Shown piece by piece: positions 50,301 to 61,375 of a stretch of DNA of 64,000 nucleotides (its first letter is position 1; each line of letters begins with the position of its first letter). This DNA is from Asterias rubens (taxonomy: Eukaryota). The translations under genes were made by a program, and so were the position numbers. The notes under the pieces were generated by a model. The model ran no database searches. It was not told where the DNA came from and was given only the letters and a program-made list of their open reading frames with translations. The stretch spans positions 14,942,001 through 15,006,000 of the forward strand of contig NC_047073.1 of assembly GCF_902459465.1 (NCBI RefSeq), written 5' to 3'.

Positions 50301-53300
50301 TCCTGCGTAAGACCGATCCTACGTAAGACCGATCCTACGTAAGACCGATCCTGCGTAAGACTGATCCTACGTAAGACCGATCCTGCGTAAGACTGATCCT
50401 ACGTAAGACCGATCCTGCGTAAGACCGATCCTGCGTAAGACTGATCCTACGTAAGACCGATCCTGCGTAAGACCGATCCTGCGTAAGACCGATCCTGCGT
50501 AAGACCGATCCTACGTAAGACCGATCCTACGTAAGACCGATCCTGCGTAAGACTGATCCTACGTAAGACCGATCCTGCGTAAGACTGATCCTGCGTAAGA
50601 CTGATCCTGCGTAAGACTGATCCTGCGTAAGACCGATCCTACGTAAGAGCGATCCTACGTAAGACCGATCCTACGTAAGACCGATCCTGCGTAAGACCGA
50701 TCCTGCGTAAGACTGATCCTGCGTAAGACCGATCCTACGTAAGACCGATCCTACGTAAGACCGATCCTAGGATCGATTTCACAAAACCTGTCTTAAAGGC
50801 AGTGGACACTATTGGTAATTACTGAAAATAATTATTAGCATTAAACCTTTCTTGGTGACGAGTAATGGAGAGAGGTTGAAGGTATAAAACATTGTGAGAA
50901 ACGGCTCCCACTGAAGTGCCATAGTTTTCGAGAAAGAAGTAATTTTCCACGAATTTGATTTCGAGACCTCAGATTTAGAACTTGAGGTCTCGAAATCAAC
51001 CATCATAACGCACACAACTTTGTGTGACAAGGGTGATTTTTTCTTTCATTATTATCTCGCAACTTCGATGACCGATTCAGCTCAAATTTTCACAGGTTTG
51101 TTATTTTATGCTTATGTTGAGATACACCAACTGTGAAGGCTAATCTTTGACAATTACCAATAGTGTCCACTGCCTTTAAGCAGGATGCGTCCCTACTATT
51201 ATAAGAAGCCACTTTTATTGTTATTATTATTTTTATAGTGCCGGGATCGCTGGAGCCAGCAAGCTCCTTAGTGAGGTATTCTCATCAACTGTTCCTGTGT
51301 TTGTTCTCGGTGTGATTCGTCTCATATCTGTAAAGAATACTGGGTACCATGAACATGTGTCTGAGTACGGTGTACACTGGAACTTCTTCTTCACCCTGGC
51401 TGTTGTAATCGTAAGTAGCTTCGGAAAGTCTAGCTGCTGTATAAATCATGCCAGAATTGAATCTTTTTAAAGATTATCTGATATAAACAATCACCCTTCT
51501 TTTAGGGAAATTCTCAAAAGTCGGGCACGTTCTTTAGCACAAAGGAATGTACTGTAGGCATACGTCCGCAGTGCAGAATGTTTTGCTGGACCGAGACATT
51601 GCGCAAGACAACGAGATTGTACCTTTCGGGTTGATACTTTGAAAGTTCCAATAGAATGTCTCAGCAGGGCAACGGACTGGTCTTTGTATGACCGCTGCAG
51701 TACTCAACCGTATCCAATTTGAATGTTCCTAAAATGCTTTCCAGTGGGCTTCCATGTGGGCTTCTGAAAAGTGTGTAACCTGTTACTTCCTTTCAAGATA
51801 TGACTAAAACAAAATTAAAGTGTTAACAATCTTTGAGTGCGTGAGTGTAGTTTCACTTAACTGGTTGCAATCACTACCATTAATAAGAAAAAAATTCCTT
51901 GATGACGATACATGTTTCAAATTGGGGCTACTAAAACTGCCTGTGGGCAAGTAAAATGCACAGTTTACTAGCCTGCTTGGCTACAGGCCAAACAGCTTGA
52001 GCACAAGGCCTTCTTTCTTATAACACCACTGACATCTTCTATCCATTGTTTCTTTATTATTAACCCCCTTTAGATGTCGTCATCAGTTTGTTTGCTCATC
52101 ATTCCACCCAGTATGAGTGGCCTTTTCTCATTGGCTATTGCACTAGGCTACCAGCATCTCTTGTCCAATCACGGCCTTGGTGAGTTTGTACTTGAAGGCA
52201 GTGATGGGTTTGGGAGTAGGGAAGGCCTGCTGAATGCTAACCGTGAAGGTTTAGTGTCGTGCGTCGGGTACGTTGCAATCTACTTTGCTGGAGTCTGGGC
52301 GGGAAGGTTTCTTTTGAAACAAAGGTACGAGACTTCCTCATTTAAAAAAAATTTATGATGTTCTACTTCCCTGGTTTGTTGAAATTAAGTAGGATTTGAA
52401 ACTAGTAACATCATGTACATGAGTAGGATTTGAAACTTTGCACGGAGACAATCTTGTGGCAGTGTCATGGCCGAGCGGTTAAGAGCACCGGATTCAAGCA
52501 CTGGTGTTTGATCAGCAGGGTGTTGGTTCGAATCCCGGTTGTGACACTTGCTACATAAAATTGGGGAGGTAGTGCTTTCTGCTCTACCGGCTCTACAGGC
52601 TTCGAATTGATGATACCCAAGCCTACATTCGTATGGAAATATATAAAAGGGGTATCCCTGTTTCAGCCCTAGGAGTAGGTGGCAATGGCCTCTGAAAAAA
52701 AATAACTGTAGCCCACACCTTGAAGTGGCCTTCAGGCCTCGTGTGTCAGGCAACTTGCATAAAATAAAAATAAATATATTTAGCGCAAAATTACAGGAAG
52801 TCTCAAGGTGCTTATGAATTCCACTCACTCACTCACTCACTCAGTCGACCCATGTTGTTGCGTTGCTGCATGTTTGAGTCGGGCTCGACGTCTGACGCGC
52901 CACACGAATCTATCCTGCATACATCCGATAAGCTCTTCCTTGTTGTTATCAACTCCACAGGCTGCATTTTCAAGTCCCTTTCTCTTAAATTGTCTTTGTT
53001 CACCCCAAAGACGATTTAGAGATACCGTTAGTTTCCTCTGTGGTTCATTGCCTGATGTTTGTAGAATGTCTGGTTGTATTTCAGAACTCTCTTCTTTGAT
53101 TGGTGGATAGCTTTTCTGCTCTTAAACGTGGTCAACGTTCTATTGTGGGTTCTGGTAGCAGCATCGTCAACCTACATCCAACCTATCTGCAGGAGAACAG
53201 CGAATCTATCCTACATCATCTGGACAGTAAGTCGTAATATATCTGGGGCCAATTAATGGCTCTGCCTCTCACTTGGTGTACCTGATCTAATGCATAAAAT

Positions 53301-54979
53301 AACAAATTTGTCAAAATTTTAACTCGATTGGTCGTCGAAGTTGCGAGATAATAATGGAAGAAAAAACACCCGTCACACGAAGTTGTGTGCTTTCAGATGC
53401 TTGATTTCGAGACCTCAAATTCTAAATCTGAAGTCTCAAAATCAAATTCGTGGAAAATTACTTTTTTCTAAAAAATAACATTACTTCAGTGGGAGCCGTT
53501 TCTCACAGTGTATTATACTATAAACAGCTCCCCATTACCTGTTACCAAGAAAGGTTTTGTGCTAACAATTATTTTGAGTAATTACCAATAGTGTCCACTG
53601 CCTTTAAACCGACGTCTTTAAAACATTTTAGTTTAACCATTTCAGCCCCAAAGAAGGGGTTCGCCTGGTGTTCCTAGTTTGATTGGCTGCACTTTGCACC
53701 ACAGCACCTTGTAAACCATTACATGGTGCTATGTAAAAGGAGTAGGTCTCATAATTCAAACATAGTCCCACATACCTTGCAGGAAAACACTCAAGCGCCT
53801 TGAGCGTCACAGAGTGCTGATATAAGCACTATTTAAGAAGCCACTATTATTGTTACTACTTTTATTGATTGGGGCTAAAAGGGTTAAATTGAAATGTAGT
53901 TTCCTGTGTCTTTTTTCCTGAATAGTTATCGTATTGTATTCAACTCCTGACATCGTACATGTTGGTTGACATCATCATTACACTAGGTAAGGAGTACATC
54001 TGGAGGTCGCCATACAAGCTGTCAAAAGAAAAAGGTATTTTTTGCTGCCAAGTAAAATTATTCAAATACCACAGCCCAATTTCATAGAGCTGCTCAAAAC
54101 AGAAAACAGGACTCGGGAAAGTACTGAGTATACAGTGCTTTCACACATCGGTGTAACATGGTGTATGGGTCTAAAAAAAAAATAATAATAATACTAATAG
54201 AAAACAATTACTTATCAATTTTCTGCTATGCAGGATAGTGCCCTAACATGGGATACCAGCGACAAATTTGCTAAGTGAGATTTGAAGCAAGGACCAACCT
54301 ATCTAGCCCTATGTTGGCGGTATCCCTATAATGTCAATATCTTTGTTCGGGGTGCCAGTCAGAAGCCATACAACCGTAACAAACAAAGATATTAACAAAA
54401 CAGGGTGACGGCCAACACAGGCTTAGATAGCTCAGTTGGTAGAGCACGGGCAAATTAATCCAAGGGCCGATGGTTCAAATTTGTTCTTGTAAATTTGTCC
54501 TTGTTCAACCCAAAATCATGAAAAAATTACCCAGTCAGTTTCCCTTGTGGTTTATTATTTCAGGCCTGGAATTACAGGCATGCCTCCGTTGCCCCTGGCC
54601 TTGGCCTTGGTGCCCCTTCAAAAGTCTCCCATTGACTTTAGGATGTTTCAATGGAAGTGCCCTTTGGAAAATTCTGAGCCTGTTATTAGATTTCTCAATA
54701 GTGTTTAGAATTGTTTTTGTAGTAGTTTGTTTTTGCTTTTCCTTTTCAGCGTCTAAACACCCATTGGTTCCAGACTCCATCCTTGTTTCTTCCTTCAGTC
54801 CCAACCTCCTTCTCATCTTTCTCTTTTGCAACCTCCTGACGGGAGCAGTCAACATGTCCATCGACACCGTCCAGCAGTCCACAGTAACCAGCATGATAAT
54901 TCTCATATCGTATTCACTCATCCTATGCTTCATAGCACTAGGGATCCACTTCCATGGTGAAAAGCTCAAGATTAGATGA
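47330..54979 (+). CDS. PIGW: Phosphatidylinositol-glycan biosynthesis class W protein (GWT1 inositol acyltransferase), 7 coding exons, ~486 aa
   Basis: Exons 47330-47496, 48563-49000, 51239-51410, 52074-52324, 53085-53226, 53926-53986, 54750-54979 (1461 nt). Motifs: [88 protein letters not shown]. Confidence 0.95.
49911..50770. repeat. 16-bp minisatellite (GAC[C/T]GATCCT[A/G]CGTAA)n, ~54 units, in PIGW intron 2
   Basis: Regular 16-bp period with essentially two variable positions; ends in the palindrome CGATCCTAGGATCG (50762-50775). Confidence 0.97.
50797..51175. mobile_element. TTAA-flanked MITE family A, full length
   Basis: TTAA|AGGCAGTGGACACTATTGGTAATT...AATTACCAATAGTGTCCACTGCCT|TTAA. 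Other copies or fragments at ~13518, 18836, 24880, 27219, 42790, 43370, 49280, 53270, 58596, 62136 and 63757. Confidence 0.9.
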
Positions 54980-57900
54980 TGATCAAAAAAATAAATTTCT
55001 TAGGGACTGGGTTTAGACCAGGCACATCCAAAATCAGTTGTGGTTCTTATGTACCCAGAGAAAAGTGTTTCAAACAAGAACAGACACTGTCACTGTGGTC
55101 CTGTGGTTAAACTGTGGGACTTGCTATCACAAGGTTGTGGGTTCGAATCCTACCAAGCTAACCGCTGAATTTGTGCAATTCATAATCATATATCATAAAA
55201 CAATATTTGTATGAGAGAGATTTTCTGTTAAACTCCATGGTGAAGAGCTCAAGTTTAGATTGATAATAAGCCTAGAAGACTAGTGTCTTAGTTGATTGCT
55301 TAGTCGACTCACAGCTACCGTTTTTCAACTACTCGGTTAATCATACTGCCACGACTACTAGATAAATAGTCCTGACTACCTGCTTGGTGAACCAATTGTG
55401 TCGCTCAGGACAATGTTGTTGTTGAATTTATATTCACAGCAACATAATTTACTTACAAAACACAATCAGACATCAGTGACCCAATCTTTAAATCCTTTCA
55501 GCGTCAATTTTGCTATTGCGCCTGTGGCAAATATTATTCCGCAATGTATCTTGGGAATTAAAAAAAGACAAAGTCGAAGTCAGGAATATTCAAGGAGCGA
55601 CTAGTTGAGTAGTAAAATTTACTAGTCGCCTCTCTTAGATATCTAAACTGCTCACAAGAAGTTAAGAAACTTTTTTCAATCTTGATATTTTTATTATTTA
55701 TTACCCTCTTGCATTATGTTGCATATTGATAGAAAGCTGGAGTGTTCTTCTTTAAAATGATACCAAATGTGCAATGATGACATGTTGCTGGACTTGGCCA
55801 CATTTATGAGAATGAGACAAAGTCACAAATCAAAATAATGTGCAAAAATTTGCAATTTTGTGTTACTGTGTGAACAAACAATTGACACTGTAATTCAAAG
55901 AAGCAAGGCAACATACTGATCTTAATCCACTTTAATTAGACAAGAAGTTCAGTAAATTCCCAAACAAGTTGTTTTTCAAGAGATGAGAGTTAATTGTGTT
56001 TGGTGTGCTCACTGGTGCAAATCTTGGCATAAACCATTCATAGTTCTGAAGCTTGACCCGTTTGATTATTGATCAATACCTATTGATTTGTGCCTTATTG
56101 TCATTCATGTAGCCAATTTCAGCAACATGTCATCAATGCAAATGTATTATCATTTTTAAAAGGAACCCTTCAGCTTTGCATTGAAATGGTTTGATTTCTA
56201 CCCTTCGATGTTTTCTTTGATATTGCATTTGTACTGTATTTCTCTTCAACATGTTCTGGATTTCTTCTTAGCTTAGGCTTACGTTTCAATTTTGGTTATT
56301 GTACATGTAAATATTATTCTTTGTATTTAGCGCCATGACCACTTTGATGGATTTGTGCGCTTTATAAGTTCTCATTATTATTATTATTATTATTGATATG
56401 TAATATTGTACAAAGAGAGTAATATATAATACAAAATATACTTCCCCCACAAATCATTTAAAAAAAAGTTTCCCAACTTTTTGTGAGTTTCTGAACTTTT
56501 TTGTGAGCATGTGACAACACCCATGATGTCAATTTAAACACCCAAGTTTTTGCAGTACATCTCCATGTGTTCCATTTGTCTCAAGTTTACTGCTTAGCAA
56601 TGTACTAAACGTGTGTGTGTTTTTAATTTGCAATTACTACTTAAGTTGTACATAGAATATAAAACCGTACAAAAATTAACAGCTAACTTTTGGTTGTGAA
56701 ACTGCACCAAGTACTTGATTAAGAATAATAAAGAATTGGAACATTTAAACATTTAGTGTATTATTGTGTTGTCAGTCATAAACAAGAACTTAGGTCCAAA
56801 TTAACACTGAAACGGAGAAGCATTAAGTAAAACAACAGGTTAATTTACGAAAATGCTTTTCAAAAATAGACCATTGTTTACATGTATATTCTTTTATTAC
56901 ACATCCAACCGCACAAACAACATGATAACACGTTTTAGATGTTTTAGATGTTGACGGAAAACCCCAATGTGGAAAATCCGCTCGATCGGGTAGGGACTAA
57001 AAACCAAATCCACATGCAAGGCTCTATAGTTCTGAGTGGGATTCGAACCGGGGTCCACTGAGGTTAAAAGGCACTGGGAAACAAACGCACGGACTGAACT
57101 AGCCTGAATTTATCATGGGTGTATCTAAACCCAAGGTTTCCATCCGAGTTTTCAATGTTATTGGGAAAATAATGCGATTTTTGGTCATGATCCTATACAT
57201 AACGATAAAAAGCAGTTTACATTCGTTAACTCGTCTGCCCTCAAACATCAAATTTTTACGCACCTCCATGGTTTGCACATCTGGTGAAGCGGGCAGGCGA
57301 CTTGCAGATCAGAGTTTTCAGTCTTTGGGACAAAAAATAGACGATTTACATGATTGTAACAATAAAAGGCACTCTACAAAAAATTAATGCGTATAGGCCT
57401 ACCTCAAGGGTGTGCGCCTCGGGTGTGGCGCAGGTGTGGTGTGACTTCCACTAAACTCGTACGTTGTATATCTAGGCTAATTCCTCAATGATTGTTAAAA
57501 CCAAACCGATGTAGGCCTAAAACTGTTTAACGCGAAAACCAGTTCAAACCTGTTCAATCCAGTTCAAGCTTGTGGAAGTCGGCATTTCTCGTAGCATGTG
57601 TAATAATCGAATCGTAAAAGTAACCGGTGTGAACGTTTATGACGGGCAGGCCAGTTCAATCCAGTTCAATCCAGTTCAAGCTTGTGGAAGTCGGCATTTC
57701 TCAAAGCATGTCTAATTCCTTCATGTTGAAACCGAATCGTAAAAGTTACCGGTGTGAATTTTTTAACGCGAAATCCGGTTTAAACCGGTTCAATCCAGCT
57801 CAACCCTGTTCAACCCAGTACATGAATTAAACTTGAGGAAGTCGGTGTATATTTAACCGGATGTTATGTTCCTAATGACCCCGACAAATTAATATTGTGT

Positions 57901-60760
57901 ATTATTATTTTTATCCAAAGTCCTTTTTTGTTTATAAAAAATAAAAAATAAATCGCAGTAAAATAGCAGCAAATGCATTTCAGGTTGCATCTCCTGACTC
58001 TGAAATTCACTGCCCATCCAAAAGGAAGCCCCTCTCTACTAGACAGTTTAAGGTTGTTTTTAAATACATATCGTTTTGCGAAAACAATCACATTCAATTT
58101 TATTAATTTGTGTGGCTCTTTATGTATTTTCTGTAAAAAAAATTATTCAACTTAGTTAAAAAAAATTCTCTTTCTTTAACTTTTTAAAAGCACTTAGAGA
58201 CTTTCCGGTTGCGCTTTATATTACTGCTTGTTATTGTATAGAATGTTACAGACAACCATGCAGTTCAGGCAATCCCCCAAAAAAGAAAATTATTTCCCAT
58301 TTCAGTTATTTTGTCTGGGGATTTTCTGCTGCCGAATTGCGCAGTGGTTAGCTTAAAGCATGAACAATTGCCCTGTGCGATGATGGCCTCATGTCGTTTG
58401 AGGTTCCCCTTGATTACAAATCAATAAAAAGTATAGGTCCTATGTCTAAAAGGTTAAACCTCCAAAGATCGCCAACAGGCGACTTTTAGAAATTCAAAAT
58501 GTTCATTTATTTGTGAATGCTGCGGCCAGAGAGATGCGGTTGGTAGGCCTAACCGCTGTCACCTCGCTAAACGTGGATGTAAGTTCCACGTTCTTTAAAG
58601 GCAGTGGACACTAATGGTAGTTACTCAAAATAATTATCAGCAAAAAAACTCACTTGGTAATGAGTAATGGGGAGGGGTTGATATAGTATACAACATTGTG
58701 AGAAACGGCTCCCTCTCTGAAGTGACGTTCGAAAAGAAGTAATTTTCCACGAATTTGGTTTGGAGACGTGAAGTTTAGAATTTGAGGTCTCGAAATCAAG
58801 CATCTATAAAAGCACACACGTCGTGTGACAAGGGTGTTTTTTCTTTCATAGTTCATCTTGCAACTCCGACGACCAATCGAGCTCAAATTTTCACAGGTTT
58901 GTTATTTTATGCGTTTTACCAATTGTGTCCAGACACCTTTGGTAGTTATCAAAGACCAGTCTTCTCACTTGTGTATCTCAATCCCCATAATGAGGAGTAG
59001 AAGTCGGCAACCAGCAGTTCGCGCGAGAGCAGTGACAACTCGACTATCTCACCGCGTGGGAACATTAACGACTTGTCCGCAAGTCTAAGCTCTTCTTGGC
59101 ATGTCTTGATCCTGCATGTCCTGATCTTCTTCTACATAAATTCGTCATCTTTGCTCTGCTGGCCAATCCCTATGACGCAATTTATACCCTTTTCCAACAG
59201 TCAAAGAGCCTTCCACTTTTGTTGCATCTTCTGGAACGACTTCCCTAGTTCAGATTCAAGCTTTTCAAATTTGTTTGAATCCTGTTGTTGAACTATTGCT
59301 TTATATGATTTCATCATTGTTTTATGTTTTGCGCATGGACGCTCCTGTCGTGTTGTATGATGTCTCGATTGCTGTGTGCACTATCAATGTAAATTGGTAC
59401 AAGTCAAGTTGTGAAATTGACCCCAAATCGCTCTTTTACGGGTCTGAAATTGTCGATGACACGCCGGGAACTTGCGATGATGTCACAGACGCCTGTTAAC
59501 GGTTTAGTCTAACATCTTGAAGGCGTGAACAAGGTCTCAACTGCGTGCGCATGGTCGTTCAAAATGGAGATATCATGATCTTACCATGATCTTACCAAAC
59601 AATCGGTACGTATATGCACACCGCGCGTAACGCTATAATTTTTTAAGCGGACCAGCAAATCGCGAGGGCTAATTTAGGGTTGTCTTACCCGCGGTTTCTT
59701 CAAGGTTCAATAAACATAGATAAAACGCAATGTACATGTACCCGCTGTTCTTATTCCTCCATGTTGTGTCCATCGCGAACTGTATAGGCGGTCTAGGCTG
59801 GCCTACTCAGTGTGGACAATAGTACAGTGTACACATAATGTTCTAATCTTTCGCGGCCAGCCGTATTCCGGAACCTTCTAGGACCGGAACTAAATAGTAG
59901 TCCGACAAAAAACAACCACCATGCGGGATGCAACGACACGGCCGTAACATTGTGTGCTTTATAATGGCATGGAGTTTATTGCCCATGGGTAATGGCCGGC
60001 ACACACAAACGCCAAAGTGGACGAAGTACACGTACCCAGCCCATACCAGTCAAAAAACTGGACCGTAGCATAATTATAATAATTCAACGGCTGTTTTATG
60101 TAACGTATACGTTTCAGGTTGTATGCAATTCACGAATCGCCTCAGCAGACAAACTTCATAGTGCCAAGAAGAAGAAAAAAACATTACAAATATTGTCACA
60201 AGTGATTTGTGTAGGGTCACCTCTGGTGTCCATTCTTCTAGCAGTGGATATAAACACTAAATATTAATTTGCATCCAGACCAAACGCACCCAGCTGGCCG
60301 GTTGGTGCTCCGGATGGCGTATTTCATAGTCAAGTTTACATTAGTTTTGTGTAACAATATAATTGTTTTGTATTATGTCTTTTTATTTGCTTTTTTTTCA
60401 ATACAGAATAATAAAGTAAATACATGTATACGTACACGTTAAGGGCTCGTTAGTTGATTTTCGTTTAAGATTGGTTTCTTGTCTTCCCGCTTGAAAAAAA
60501 AAACCGACACCGTAGGCGCGTACTTACTCACGTTTTGTATTAAAACTGCATATAAAACAGTCGTAGGTAGTTATGTGACTAGTGTGAGCATGCGCCTGAA
60601 TGACTTGCGGGCAGAGCTCGTGTGTATGTGCAATGTCTAATACGCGTGCACCACAACGTACACGCTTTGCTATAGTGTATTGCAGTAGTTTGCGCTTGAG
60701 AAACGAACATTGAATCGTGAATTTTCTTGTCCTAAAAACCGTCTAAACCATCGCGCTAAG

Positions 60761-61375
60761 ATGCAAATGGGTGCCAAGAGTAACCAGGAAGTGATTCTGG
60801 ACACTATCGACTCACTCCGACGTCGTAAGGCTCGTCCAGACCTCGAGCGAATATGCCACATGGTTGAGCGCAAATATGGCGTTAGTGCAGCCGAAGTTGA
60901 ATGCGAGTTGGAGCGCTTAGTGGACGATGAAGTCGTTTACAAAGTGGAGTACAAAGGTAGCACAAGCTATCGCAATGCCGCCAAATGGAAGCAGAGCCAC
61001 CTTAGTGGTAACATTCTCAACTCGGCCGATTCCAGTCGTCTATTAGTGGAGGCCGTGCAAGAATTGAGTGGAGGGGTGAAGGCCTACCCCACCTCGGCAA
61101 CAACTTCTACAAGACGAGGGAGTTCCACGGCAGGCTCCTCATCAAAGAAGCAATGCGGGCCCATACACATTGAAGATATTGAGAAGCATGTACTCGCTCG
61201 TGACCCGGATACCAAATTGACCATCAAGATGCGCTTAAGAGAAGCGCTCGAACGGGAGATCTTCTCGGGGCGTCTGGTCAAAGTAAACGTGGGCTATGCG
61301 CTGCCCATTCCAGGGGGTGAGCCGCCAGTAGTCGCAGAGACTTCCAAAAAGGTGGACCGCGTCAAGAAGCGAAAG
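60761..61375 (+). CDS. First coding exon of a SAMD1/KAT6-like chromatin protein (SAMD1-type winged helix followed by an H15-like second winged helix); gene continues beyond what can be spliced here
   Basis: ILDTIDSLRRRKARPDLERICHMVERKYG...YKVEYKGSTSYRNAAKW matches the SAMD1 WH signature. IEDIEKHV...RLREALEREIFSGRLVKVNVGYALP resembles KAT6 WH2/H15. Phase-0 donor AAG|GTAGGC. Confidence 0.85.

Noticed and set aside
54417-55160. tRNA genes at 54417 and 55088 (also 52459)
   Set aside because: A/B boxes are present, but no acceptor stem or full cloverleaf is evident; these are SINE heads.
60710-60760. TTG start of the 235-aa ORF and its tail past 61375
   Set aside because: A eukaryotic start is more likely at ATG 60761/60767, and the frame after the GTAGGC donor is intronic.
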